From assembly GCA_965226885.1 (NCBI GenBank), contig CBDDEL010000009.1, positions 144,776 through 208,775 of the forward strand: DNA of 64,000 bases, in the 5' to 3' direction. Of this stretch, positions 20,686 to 30,935 are shown piece by piece. Every line of letters begins with the position of its first letter. Within the stretch, counting starts at the first letter, position 1. A model generated the notes under the pieces. It searched no databases. It was not told the origin of the DNA and worked only from the letters and a program-made list of their open reading frames with translations. Position numbers and translations under genes: made by a program. The stretch comes from Opitutales bacterium. GTDB taxonomy: Bacteria > Verrucomicrobiota > Verrucomicrobiia > Opitutales > UBA2987.

Positions 20686-20737
20686 TCCCGTTGAAGCATC
20701 GGCCAATGGTTCTGTAGAACAGCAGAAAGTCGTTATT

Positions 20738-21571
20738 ATGTACCGTTATTTCTGTTCTGTTATCCACCCGGTTTTGGTTGCGGCGGTTTTCATGGCCATT
20801 CCTGCTGGACTGGCGGCGGAAGATTCCGAACCTCTCAAGGTTGCTTCCGATCCGAACAATATGCCCCTTTCGCACCGTGATCTTGGAGGATTCGAAAACA
20901 AGATAGCGGAATTGATTGCAAAGGATATGGGTGCTAATGTGCAATACACCTGGTGGGGGCAAAGACGGGGGTTTATCCGCAACACACTGAAAGCAACGCT
21001 AAATGAAGCCCGTGCCGATATTGTCCTGGGTGTGCCCAAGGGGTATGATATGGTCAGTTTGACTCGTCCCTATTACCGTTCGACTTACGTATTTGTTTAT
21101 CCCGAAAGCAGCGGATATTCCATCAAGTCACTGGATGATCCGATCTTGAAGGAACTTAAAATCGGTGTTCACCTTCTCGGCGACGATTATATGAATCCTC
21201 CGCCTGTTCACGAATTGGGCCGGCGCGGTATCGTGGACAAGGTTGTCGGCTTTAATACTTTTTACACCGAAGAAAACCACCCCGGAAAGATTATCGAGGC
21301 GGTGGTTTCAGGCGAGGTTGATTTGGCTATCGTGTGGGGTCCGCTGGCGGGGTATTATACGGCCCATCAGACCGAGCCTCTGTTAATGGTTCCAATTCCG
21401 TCCGGGGTCGACGATTTGCCGTTTGCCTTTGATATCTGTATGGGGATCCGGCATGGAGAGAAAGAATTGAAGTCTCGCCTGGAGGCCGCTCTTGAGCGCA
21501 AACATGATGAAATTGAAAAGATACTCGTAGAATATGGGGTTCCGCTCCTACCAATTGAATCAACGAATTGA
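20738..21571 (+). CDS. Quinoprotein dehydrogenase-associated periplasmic binding protein (XoxJ/MxaJ-like)
   Basis: Signal peptide; DPNNMPLS, GFENKIAELIA, QRRGFIRNTL, TRPYYRSTYVFV, AIVWGPLAGY. Confidence 0.88.
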   Translation: MYRYFCSVIHPVLVAAVFMAIPAGLAAEDSEPLKVASDPNNMPLSHRDLGGFENKIAELIAKDMGANVQYTWWGQRRGFIRNTLKATLNEARADIVLGVPKGYDMVSLTRPYYRSTYVFVYPESSGYSIKSLDDPILKELKIGVHLLGDDYMNPPPVHELGRRGIVDKVVGFNTFYTEENHPGKIIEAVVSGEVDLAIVWGPLAGYYTAHQTEPLLMVPIPSGVDDLPFAFDICMGIRHGEKELKSRLEAALERKHDEIEKILVEYGVPLLPIESTN

Positions 21572-22134
21572 AGAACAAAAATAACCGCCAAAGCACTCAG
21601 TGCGGTATTGATGCTTTTATGATTAAGGTAAAGAACCGGAAACGAAAAAAATTCCTGATAGGACTCTTATTGTTTCTGATTCTGGGCACACTGGCCGAAC
21701 CCGAAGATTCTGCAGCAACAGTAGCCATACCCACTCAGGAAGAGATCTATGACCGTATCTACAACGGCTGGAAATGGTATCATGTTTATTGTTTCCGCTG
21801 CCACGGGATGGACGCAATCGGCAGTAATCTGGCCCCCAATCTACGCCGGTCGATCGGTGTCCTGTCTTCTGATGAATTCATCATCACGGTTCGCGAAGGT
21901 CGTCTGGAAAAAGGTATGCAATCCTGGAAGGTCTTGTTGGACGACGATCAAATTGCTGATATATATTATTATGTGCGAGCGAGAAGTGATAAAGTCCTTC
22001 CCTCTGGACGTCCCGACGAACTTGGTGAATTTGGCGACGAATTGTGGGTGCCTACTGAGGAATGGATACAGAAACTATTCACTGACACCGACTCCTCGGC
22101 CGAAAATCAACCTGCTCCGAAAGGCGAGTCTTAA
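21568..22134 (+). CDS. Monoheme cytochrome c (XoxG-like electron acceptor)
   Basis: Hydrophobic N-terminus, CFRCH, distal Met in KGMQSW; follows xoxJ-like gene. Start may be ATG 21619. Confidence 0.8.
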   Translation: MKNKNNRQSTQCGIDAFMIKVKNRKRKKFLIGLLLFLILGTLAEPEDSAATVAIPTQEEIYDRIYNGWKWYHVYCFRCHGMDAIGSNLAPNLRRSIGVLSSDEFIITVREGRLEKGMQSWKVLLDDDQIADIYYYVRARSDKVLPSGRPDELGEFGDELWVPTEEWIQKLFTDTDSSAENQPAPKGES

Positions 22135-22175
22135 GGTTTGTTGATGGGTTTTACAGTGAAACTCTGGGTGGCTTA

Positions 22176-23462
22176 ATGGTGAATGCACGACAGGCTTGCA
22201 CACGTCGAGGTTTTCTCCAGGCCGTTGGCGCCGGATTCCTGGCCTCTTTAGGCAGGGGCGCAAGAGGGGCTGAAACGGCGGCGTCTGAAATCCCCGTAGC
22301 TATTCCTATCGGATACCTGGCCTCGCGTGGCAGAAGTCAGGCGAAATCACTATCCGCAGAAAAGATGGGGGCGCTTTTGGCGCTCGATGAGGCTAATGTC
22401 CTGGCCGGTTTATTCGGGAAAAAATTTGCCCTTCTAAACGAAGAAACCGATAGCGATCAGGAGACAGCCGCATTGGCTCGTTACTTGATTGAAGATCGCC
22501 ATGTCGCTGCCATAATAAGCAATCTCGATACGCAATCGACAAAAGATATCGGTGCTTTAACTCAAGAACTGAGAACGCCCTTTTTCAACTGTGCGTCACC
22601 ATCGAATATACTTCGGGGAAAACATGGTCATCGGTTCAGTTTTCATACCGTGCCTAGCGAGAGCATGTATTTGCAAGTTGTCGGCGACTGGCTGCTGGAA
22701 GAAAAAACTCTGACCAACTGGTTCGTGCTGAACGATTCAAGCGAGGCCGGCCGGTCAGCCTCTGCTGCTACAAAAAGCTTCCTGAAATCTGCCCATGGCA
22801 CACTGGCCGGCGCTCTTGAGATCCCCTCCCATAACATGAACATGGATTTCAAGCCTGTGCTGAACTCGATTGGTGAAAAGAAGCCGGAGGTTCTTTTTCT
22901 CTGCCTGCAGGGAGATGTTTTGCATCGTTTTTTGGAACAGTTTATCGAAATGCCTTTGCCGCTGCAACTTGCCGGGGCAACTCTGAATATCAAAAGATGG
23001 TGGAATGCTCCCAGCCTTCCTGCATTCGGAAGTATTTGGCCGACAGCATGGCACTATGGGTTGTTTCGCTACAGCGCGCGGGAGCTGAATTCTCGTTTTA
23101 CGAAACAATTCGATGAATCGATGGAAACCTCGGCCTGGGCGAACTGGTCGGCAGTTAAGCTGATTACCGAGGCGATCATCCGAACGGGGATAACGGATGG
23201 TGATTCGCTCGTTGGATATTTAGAAAATCAGACATCCTTTGACGGCCATAAAGGCATCGCGCTGACGTTCAGTTCCAGGAATCATCAACTTGCCCAGCCG
23301 CTTTACCTGGTGACACCGCGCAAGACCCCGGGCGAGAGGCCATTGGATATATTTGAGGTTATGGCGCCCGTTGATGGGATCAAGATGTATAGGCATGTCG
23401 ATCCCTTTGACAAAATGGGAGAATCCGAACAAGATGAATCTGGTAAACTGGAACCGTTTTGA
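22176..23462 (+). CDS. Tat-exported ABC substrate-binding protein of PQQ-dehydrogenase clusters
   Basis: TRRGFL Tat motif; WH...RYSARELNSRF, W.AVK, FDGHKG..LTF...NHQL.QP. Confidence 0.75.
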   Translation: MVNARQACTRRGFLQAVGAGFLASLGRGARGAETAASEIPVAIPIGYLASRGRSQAKSLSAEKMGALLALDEANVLAGLFGKKFALLNEETDSDQETAALARYLIEDRHVAAIISNLDTQSTKDIGALTQELRTPFFNCASPSNILRGKHGHRFSFHTVPSESMYLQVVGDWLLEEKTLTNWFVLNDSSEAGRSASAATKSFLKSAHGTLAGALEIPSHNMNMDFKPVLNSIGEKKPEVLFLCLQGDVLHRFLEQFIEMPLPLQLAGATLNIKRWWNAPSLPAFGSIWPTAWHYGLFRYSARELNSRFTKQFDESMETSAWANWSAVKLITEAIIRTGITDGDSLVGYLENQTSFDGHKGIALTFSSRNHQLAQPLYLVTPRKTPGERPLDIFEVMAPVDGIKMYRHVDPFDKMGESEQDESGKLEPF

Positions 23463-23533
23463 AATAGAGTTGGCGCACCTCAGGCAACAGATCGATATTT
23501 CATGTTCAAGACCGCATCAACCCCGAAATTTTT

Positions 23534-24487
23534 ATGCAATTCATATTTTTGGTTCTCTGTTTAGGGCTCTTTCAGGTAACGTCGCTCGGTGGTTCTTTGG
23601 CCTATGTGACTAATGAATATGACGATACCATCACCATAATCGAGACAACAACCGATAGTGTAGTTGCCACCATTCCAGTAGGTCAGCGCCCGAGAGGGCT
23701 CGGGTTGAGCCCGGACGGAAAATTTCTGTATCTCGCTTTAGGTCGTGAAGATGCTATTGGCGTCATTGATACGGCAACCCGCAAGGTCGTCAAAAAGTTC
23801 GCCTGTGGGAGTGATCCTGAAACTTTCTCTGTCAGTCCAGACGGATCTCGCCTCTATATCTCAAACGAAGACGCCAATACGGCAACCGTCCTCGATAGCC
23901 ATAGCGGAGAAATCCTTACCACCATACCCGTGGGTATCGAACCCGAAGGGGTGACCGTCAGCCCGGACGGACGCTGGGTATACGTCGCCGCCGAAACCAC
24001 CCATACCATCTCGGTCATCGACACACAGTCCATGAAGGCAGTCCATACCTTCCTGGTCGGCAGCCGGCCTCGTGAGTCTGCCTTCAGTCCCGATGGATTG
24101 CGCGCCTATGTGACTTCCGAAATCGGTGGAACTGTGTCGGTGGTCGATACGCGAGAGCATAAAGTCATTGACACTGTGAGCCTGCAAATCGAGGGCGTAT
24201 TCGTCAAACCGAAGGGTGTGATTGTAACCCCGGACAACACCAAGATTTATGTAGCCTTGGGGAGCGCTAATAATGTAGCCGTCATCTCTGTTCAGACCTT
24301 AGAGGTGTTGAAGTACATACCCGTTGGCAAACGCGTTTGGGGTTTGGCGCTCACTGCGGATGGCAAGAAGCTTTACAACGCCAACGGCGCATCGCACCAT
24401 ATATCCGTAATCGACACGGAAAGCGATTCGGTGATTGCCACGATCCCTACAGGCAAAGGGCCGTGGGGCATCGCCATAAGTAAGTAA
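23534..24487 (+). CDS. YVTN beta-propeller repeat protein (PQQ catabolism-associated)
   Basis: AYVTNE start and about seven repeats of I.VG..P.G...SPDG..LY. Confidence 0.88.
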   Translation: MQFIFLVLCLGLFQVTSLGGSLAYVTNEYDDTITIIETTTDSVVATIPVGQRPRGLGLSPDGKFLYLALGREDAIGVIDTATRKVVKKFACGSDPETFSVSPDGSRLYISNEDANTATVLDSHSGEILTTIPVGIEPEGVTVSPDGRWVYVAAETTHTISVIDTQSMKAVHTFLVGSRPRESAFSPDGLRAYVTSEIGGTVSVVDTREHKVIDTVSLQIEGVFVKPKGVIVTPDNTKIYVALGSANNVAVISVQTLEVLKYIPVGKRVWGLALTADGKKLYNANGASHHISVIDTESDSVIATIPTGKGPWGIAISK

Positions 24488-24525
24488 TTAAGTAAACAGA
24501 TCGCAAAATCCCACTGGTCCAAACT

Positions 24526-24586
24526 ATGCCCAATTCTCAACAGCCTGGAAATGTGCGGATCATCCTTTGTGCCAGCCTCATACTTA
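24526..24586 (+). pseudogene. Possible 5' stub of a gene cut by the IS
   Basis: ATG 38 bp after the propeller gene gives MPNSQQPGNVRIILCASLIL, a hydrophobic stretch running into the IS end. Confidence 0.3.
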
Positions 24587-26403
24587 GAGGCTGTCCCAAA
24601 AGGGTGATTTTTGCGAGGGCTTTTGATAGGCGCTCATTTTAGAGGTATTTGCATTTGGGAGAGTATCAACTTTGCTCTCCTATGACGTTAGGATACTGGT
24701 TTTGGGGTCCGGTTGCCTGGTTTTCTTTGTATGAGCCGACAGTACGGCTGTGAAAAAGTATTGTCCTTGCTTTTCCGCTCTCTAGGCCGCCGCTTTGGTT
24801 TTTAGTTCGTCTTGCTGGGCCAGCATCTTGGCTACTTTCCATAGGTTGTGCGAGAGTACCGACCAGGCTACGCTGATCGAGCGGTTGGCAAAGCCTTTGC
24901 TGCGCAACCGCCCGGCCTGCCAGCGATTCTTCAATACCCCGATCCGCCCTTCGGTGCTGGCCCGGCGCTTTTGCAATTGCCTGAACAGTGGTTCCTCCAT
25001 CCGTTTTTTCAACTGCTTCGGATCGCGTGGACAGAGCGCGTCGTAGATTCCCTCCTGGGCTAACTGCCGGCGGGCCCGCTGGGAGGCAAATCCCCGGTCC
25101 GCGCACATGGCCGCTATGGGTTCTTCCAGGTTGAAGCGGTTCTGTCTTTGCAAACTCTCTTGCATTTGTTCATTTTCGCTTGGAGTTCGGCTGCCGTAGA
25201 GTTTCCAGTCCAGCAGGTACCCTTCAACGCTTTCTCCCAAAAACAGGGTGTTGCCGAACTCGACCTCTTGGCCCGCTTTACCTCGCACAATCACCTGCCC
25301 ATCGAGTTCGTAAACACTCAAGACTTTCTCTGCGTTTTTCACCTGGCGGCCGCCAATGATCCGCTCGTGCGCCTGTTTGATGACCACCGGGATTTGCTCG
25401 CTCATGCGCTCCATCCGGGCGAGGATCTGTTGGACCTGTTTTTCGCTGTAATCGCTTTGCTCCCAGCAGGCTTGCAATAATTCCCGGTGACTGCGGGCAT
25501 GCTCCCCGATCCGTTTGAGCAGCTTTTTCATCTGCCTCAAGATACCCTTGCGCTGCCGCGCGCTGTCCTTTCGCCGCCGGCTGTGGGTCATCTGTATGCA
25601 CAGCCGATTCATCTGCCGAGCCAAGGGCTCCGGTTCGATCGGCATGCGATGGCGCACACCGGCCTTCTCGCGGATCAGCCGGATCGCTTTGAGCAACGTG
25701 CCGGCTACATCCTTGAGTAATACCCAGTCCGTCGGCCAATGAATGTTAGCCTCCAAACAGGTGCCGTCGATCAGGCAAATGGTGGTGTCAATCGGCTTGT
25801 CCAATCCCACCTGCCGGGCCAGAAGGGCATCGCCCACCACCTCAGTCAAGGTCCGGTGCAAGGCCCTCAACTGCTCTTCGCTGAAAAACTTCGAGGCCCG
25901 CTCCAGGGTGCTTTTGGAGATGCCCCTGATGCCATCGATCTGCCGGACACGGCAAAAGTCGGCCAACAGATCGCTGCTGCCCAGAGCCCGCGACAAATGC
26001 CGAAACGAAATCCCTCCGAGCAGACGGCCCAGCGTATCCATGCGCAGTGCCTTGATGGCAAAACTGGCCCGCTGCCGCCGGGCCTTTAGACCCATTGGCG
26101 GCCACCCCTCCAAGGCCAGCTCAATGGCCTGCGATTCCACCTCCGAGTCGATCAGCAGCCGATCGATTCGATCAATGGTGGCGCGGAAGTTATCGTAATC
26201 GAGGCACCGGTCGACCACAGTTAAAGCTGGACGCAGGAGGCATTGGATGGCTATATTTTTCATAGAAAGGGCTATATTGATTTTCGCTAACTCAATTATA
26301 GAACCCTTTTTTGGCCGGATCGAGCAAAAACTTGCTCTTTCCGGCTCTTTTTATCAACGTCATTCAGTTGACTATAAAATCTTTATATTTTTGGGACAGC
26401 CTC
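24587..26403 (-). mobile_element. IS5-like/ISNCY element, copy 1 (transposase 24782-26263)
   Basis: IRs GAGGCTGTCCCAAAA/TTTTGGGACAGCCTC with TA on both sides; DGTCLEANIHWPTD, RGKAG..VEFG, ADRGF, RRASTE DDE motifs. Family assignment tentative. Confidence 0.88.
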
Positions 26404-27167
26404 TAGGTAGGTCGTGTCCGCCACCCAGACCTCGTCGATATGGGTCGGCTGGCCATGCTTTTTAAGCACATTGGGGCTGTAACCATAGGGATGGTTACTG
26501 TTGGTTTTTAATGGCTTAAAGCGTTTACTCTGGGTGCTTTTGATTCCCATTTCACGCATCAGACGCAGAGCCCGGTCACGGCCGCAATCGATGCCCTCAT
26601 CATCCTTCAGATGGCGGTGCATTGGCCGATGCCCATAGCGGCCCTTGGCCTCTTTGTGTACCTTCAGGATCGCCCCCTTGATTCCCTCGTCCTCGATCCG
26701 CCGGGCCGAGGGCGCTCGGGGCCTCCAGCAGTAATAGCCACTGCGACAAATCCCCATCGCCGAGCATATTTCCTCGATCTTGAAGCGCCCCTCGTTGTCT
26801 TTGACAAACTGGTACTTCATTGTTCGTCCTTGGCAAAGTAGCCCACCGTTTTTTTTAGTATCTGGTTGATCCGCTCCGAGCGGCGCAGCTCTTTGCGAAG
26901 ACGATCTATCTCGGCCGCCATCTCCTTCGGACTGCTCTGTCGCTTTGAGGTGGCTTCGCCCTGCTGATCGTCCAGATAGAGCCTCTTCCACCTATACAAT
27001 TGGTTGGTGTTGACCCCAAGTTTGGTCGATACCTCGGTGGCGCTCAGACCATCGAGTATCATCAGTTGAACTGCCTCATTTTTGAACTCTATACTAAAGC
27101 GTCTTCTTCCCATGCTTCGATTCTCCATTTAGGAGAATCTCGTGTCCACTTTTTCCAGTGCACATCA
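26404..27167 (-). mobile_element. IS3-family element, 5' fragment (orfA 26817-27128, truncated orfB)
   Basis: Near-identical to 39496-40259; stops at WVADTTYL at the IS5-like junction. Confidence 0.92.
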
Positions 27168-27598
27168 TCGATGACAATACACCGGGCAGACGATTTTTCC
27201 AGAGGTTTGACGATGGGAGTCTTTTCAGCGTCCCGCCAATTCAAACGACCCCGATACTCTCACCTGGCCAAACCATTTCTGGAACTTTAACCACCAGTGA
27301 CGAAACGGATCCTTTTTTTGCAGACATAGGCGTTTTCTATAAGGATGACTTTGAACTCTCTGGCGTTTCCGCCGATCAGTCCGTTACGGTTGAAATGAAC
27401 TCGGTCGACTTCGATTCCTTTCTCGATCTGGTCGATGCGGACAATAATATATTACTCGACTTTGATGACGATGGCACCGGTTCCCTTAATTCCCGGATCA
27501 CTTTCACGGTTCAACCGAATATTCGCTACCTCATCCGTGCGACCAGCGCTAGTGCTGAAGAAACCGGAAACTATGAAATCCATATGGTTGTGAATTGA
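27168..27598 (+). pseudogene. C-terminal fragment of a secreted protein with a pre-peptidase C-terminal (PPC)-like domain
   Basis: GQTISGTLTTSD, VEMNS.DFDSFL.L, DDDG.G.LNSRITF, Y.IRATS...ETGNY; ORF start lies within the IS end. Confidence 0.65.
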
Positions 27599-27983
27599 TT
27601 AGACTCCGCCCCATATCATCACTATTAAGGACGAGGAATGGCGAGGCCGCCATCGATTACGATGACCTGACCGGTGGAATAAGGAAATTCTCCCCGAGAG
27701 AGGTCGGCATACAAGCATTTGGAGGACTCCCCGACTTATCAGGACTGCCATATCGGGTTCCGGGTGGTTACCATGGTGGAAAAATGAACTGGCAATGAGC
27801 ATCTGCGGCCAGGCTTTGGCAATTTCTGTGGTTTTGCTTGGTGGAATGAACCTGACGCCTCAATACCTTGCTTACATCTCTTGGTTCGTCTGGTTGATCA
27901 GCTTTATGAAGTTTTGCTTCCTGTTGCCTCATCTTTTCCAGAAAGGGCGGAAGGGGTGATCTATCCTTCGTAAAAAGCCGATT

Positions 27984-28075
27984 AACAACGGATTACACGG
28001 ATGAACGTGGATAATTATGAATTGGTGATTTAAAAGTTTTTTATAATCTGCGTTTATCTGCGCAATCTACGGGTT
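27984..28075. repeat. Imperfect intergenic inverted repeat built of 9-10-nt GAT-containing units (REP-like)
   Basis: ACGGATTACACGGATGAACGTGGAT ... ATCTGCGTTTATCTGCGCAATCT; a related left arm recurs at 30042-30070. Confidence 0.45.
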
Positions 28076-28278
28076 TATGATATTTTGGGGTATATTATCG
28101 GTGATTGGCGGTTTTTTAACTGTCGGGAGGGTGTTTTTTGGGTGAAATTGGGTTTTTTTGGTGAAAAATACACTGAAAATCGAAGTTTAATCAAACGCAT
28201 CAAACGTAGCCAACCTATCCATTGACGTTTTTGGGTTTTTGTGTTATGGTGACGGCCTATGAAGCAAAAAACAACAAC

Positions 28279-28555
28279 CCGAATCTTTACCGTTGCTTGG
28301 ATGTCTGGCAGACGGGGGAGGTGGATAACGCTGGATATTTGGCGCACATTTTTTGTGGAGAAAATGGAATATCGAAACTAGATGGAAAAGAAAATGAATC
28401 CAATAATAGCCACATATGTGGAACCGAATCTTTAACCGTTGCTTGGATGTCTGGCAGACGGGGGAGGTGGATAACGCTGGATATTTGGCGCACATTTTTT
28501 GTGGAGAAAATGGAATATCGAAACTAGATGGAAAAGAAAATGAATCCAATAATAG
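28279..28555. repeat. 131/132-bp direct repeat separated by a 12-bp palindrome
   Basis: 28279-28409 equals 28424-28555 except for one extra A; spacer CCACATATGTGG-AA. Confidence 0.95.
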
Positions 28556-28741
28556 TTGAAGAATCTAATGAGAGAAAGGTCTTTAAAATCAATGATGGCG
28601 AGTCCGGGAGCTTATGGACACGATCTTTGTTGCTGTTGCCATTGCCGGTTAAGGTTTGTTTTGAACTTTGTCCGGGGACTTGTTTGTCTGTGAACTTGCC
28701 TCGTTGAGGAGAATGGCATTTTTTCTAACCTTATAGGTGAT

Positions 28742-30010
28742 ATGAAAGCGATACCTTATCAGTTGAAGTGTATGGATTGCGATGGCCGTTACGATCCCGG
28801 TGAGGTTCTTTATGTTTGTCCGTCATGCTCGCAAGAACAGGCGCCGGGCCGGGCCTTGCGTGGGGTTTTGGAGGTGGATTACGATTACGAGCTGTTGGCC
28901 CGGCAATTCAATCGGGAGTATTTGGCCGACTGCCCTGTGGTAGGCACACGGCGTTATATGCCATTGCTGCCCCTTGCGGATGAAAAATATCTTTCGCCCC
29001 TGCTCATAGGGGGCACGCCATTGGCGGCCGGAGAGCGTTTGGGTGCGCATTTGGGGATGACATCTCTCTATATGAAGGACGATACCCGGAATCCGGCCGG
29101 TTCCTACAAGGACCGCGCTTCGGTATTGGTGGTGGCCAAGGCCCTCGAATTGGGGATGGAAACCGTTTGCACGGCCTCGACCGGCAATGCCGCCACCGCC
29201 CTGGCCTGTGTTTGTGCTTCGCAGGGGGTGAACTGCGCCGTTGTCGTGCCCGAATCCGCGCCCCCGGCCAAGCTGGCCCAAATGCTGGTTTACGGGGCCA
29301 GGGTGTTTCCCGTGCAGGGAAATTACGATCAAGCTTTCGACCTTTCCACCGAGGCCTGCGAACGACTGGGTTGGTACAATCGCAACACCGCCTTCAATCC
29401 CTATACCATCGACGGCAAACGGGTGGCCGCTTTCGAGATTTGGGAACAACTGGGGCAAAAGGTCCCCGACTCGGTCTGGATTCCCAGTGGGGACGGCGTC
29501 ATCCTGGCTGGAGTGGCCAAAGGATTTCGGGATTTGCTCGGGTTAGGATTGATCGACCGAATTCCACGCATGATCGCCGTGCAGGCGGAGGGAAGTGCGG
29601 CTCTCGTCCATGCCTTCCAGTCGGGCGCTTTGGAACCGGAACCGGTTTCGGGCGCAACCTCGGTGGCCGATTCCATAGTGGTGGAGGCGCCCCGCAACGG
29701 CATTTTGGCTCTGCGGGAAATCAGGGAGTCGGGCGGAAGGGCGATTGCCGTCTCCGATGCGGAAATCCTGTCGGCCCTGGCACTTCTGGGCCGCTTGACG
29801 GGCATTTTTGTGGAACCTTCCAGCGCCGCGGCGGTAGCGGGTTTGGCCAAAGAGCGCCAGGCCGGGCGGGTGGCCGATGATGAATGCGCCATCCTCCTGC
29901 TCACCGGAACGGGGTTAAAAGATATCGCCGCTGCCCGGCGCTCTGTCGAAATGCCCCCATCCATCGCACCGAATTTTCAGGCATTTGAGGAGGCATTGGG
30001 TAGATGCTAG
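28742..30010 (+). CDS. thrC: Threonine synthase-like PLP enzyme
   Basis: N-terminal CxxC..CxxC, NPAGSYKDR (PLP Lys), ASTGNA, PSGDG, FVEPSSA, LLTGTGLKD. Substrate not proven. Confidence 0.8.
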   Translation: MKAIPYQLKCMDCDGRYDPGEVLYVCPSCSQEQAPGRALRGVLEVDYDYELLARQFNREYLADCPVVGTRRYMPLLPLADEKYLSPLLIGGTPLAAGERLGAHLGMTSLYMKDDTRNPAGSYKDRASVLVVAKALELGMETVCTASTGNAATALACVCASQGVNCAVVVPESAPPAKLAQMLVYGARVFPVQGNYDQAFDLSTEACERLGWYNRNTAFNPYTIDGKRVAAFEIWEQLGQKVPDSVWIPSGDGVILAGVAKGFRDLLGLGLIDRIPRMIAVQAEGSAALVHAFQSGALEPEPVSGATSVADSIVVEAPRNGILALREIRESGGRAIAVSDAEILSALALLGRLTGIFVEPSSAAAVAGLAKERQAGRVADDECAILLLTGTGLKDIAAARRSVEMPPSIAPNFQAFEEALGRC

Positions 30011-30089
30011 ATACTGGATACTGGATGAGGATATTTTTTTCACCACGGATTGCACTACACGGATGAACACTGCTATTAATTAGCTACTT

Positions 30090-30935
30090 ATGAAAATGAG
30101 GATACTGGCCCTATTTAATTTAATTCTATTTAGCTGCGCCGGTTGCGTGGTTGCCGAAGAGGCGGCTGGGTTTGCCGAGGGTGTGGCGGAAAAATTAATT
30201 GAGGAGGCAAAACAAAATCAAGTCTGGCCCCTGGTCTCCGATATGGTTCCCGGTCTGGATATTGCCCAGGCCTATGCCATACAGCGTTCCCTGGTTGCAG
30301 CGAATTTGCCCGGAGACAGGATTTGCGGTTTCAAGGCCGCCCTCACAACCGGCCCGGCCCAGGAGCGTTTTGGGCTGAATGAGGCCGCCGCCGGGGTTTT
30401 GCTCGATTCCATGCGGCGCACCGGTAGAACCGATCTCGTTTTATCACAATTTTATCGACCGATGATAGAGCTGGAAGTCGCCTTCGTGGTGGGGAAAAGG
30501 ATCGACCGGCCGCTGGAAGACGTTTCCGCGCTGAAAACCCATATCCGCTCGGCCTTGGCCTCCATCGAGCTGCCGGACCTGCGTTTCGCGGATATGGAGG
30601 AGGTCTCGGGTATGGACATCATCGCCGTCAACACGGTTGCGTCCGCTTTCATGGTTGGAAATGAGGTTCCCGGCGCGAAACAGGATTTTAGCCAGATGGA
30701 AGTTAAATTGACCCTCGACGACAATACCATAAAGGAGGGTAGCGGGCCCGGTTTTACCGGCGATCCTTGGGCGGCAGTCTTGAAATTGGTCAACCACACG
30801 GTGGGACAAGGCTGGGTCATCAAGCCCGGGCAGATACTCTTGAGCGGCGCCATGGGCGGGCTGATTCCGGTCGAAGAGGGAAACTACGAAGCTCGTTTCA
30901 GCGGATTGGGCATCATTCGCTTCACGGTTCGTTGA
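30090..30935 (+). CDS. 2-keto-4-pentenoate hydratase-like (FAH superfamily) protein with export signal
   Basis: AYAIQ, GFKAALT, IELEVAF, IELPD, GQILLSGA; signal-like N-terminus. Confidence 0.75.
   Translation: MKMRILALFNLILFSCAGCVVAEEAAGFAEGVAEKLIEEAKQNQVWPLVSDMVPGLDIAQAYAIQRSLVAANLPGDRICGFKAALTTGPAQERFGLNEAAAGVLLDSMRRTGRTDLVLSQFYRPMIELEVAFVVGKRIDRPLEDVSALKTHIRSALASIELPDLRFADMEEVSGMDIIAVNTVASAFMVGNEVPGAKQDFSQMEVKLTLDDNTIKEGSGPGFTGDPWAAVLKLVNHTVGQGWVIKPGQILLSGAMGGLIPVEEGNYEARFSGLGIIRFTVR

Noticed and set aside
24487..24586. Left flank of IS copy 1 as the continuation of the exosortase fragment (clean composite insertion)
   Set aside because: The joined frame (KYEAGTKDDPH...) does not resemble an exosortase C-terminus convincingly.
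27595..27959. Short hydrophobic ORF pieces after the PPC fragment
   Set aside because: Possibly a decayed membrane-protein gene, but no identifiable family motif.
28222..28527. ORF with YRCLDVWQ, faintly like four-helix-bundle (IVP) proteins
   Set aside because: Similarity covers only a few residues, the start is TTG, and the ORF length depends on the duplication.
28279..28555. Repeat-spacer-repeat as a CRISPR array
   Set aside because: Repeats are 131 bp, the spacer is 14 bp, there are only two units, and no cas genes are present.
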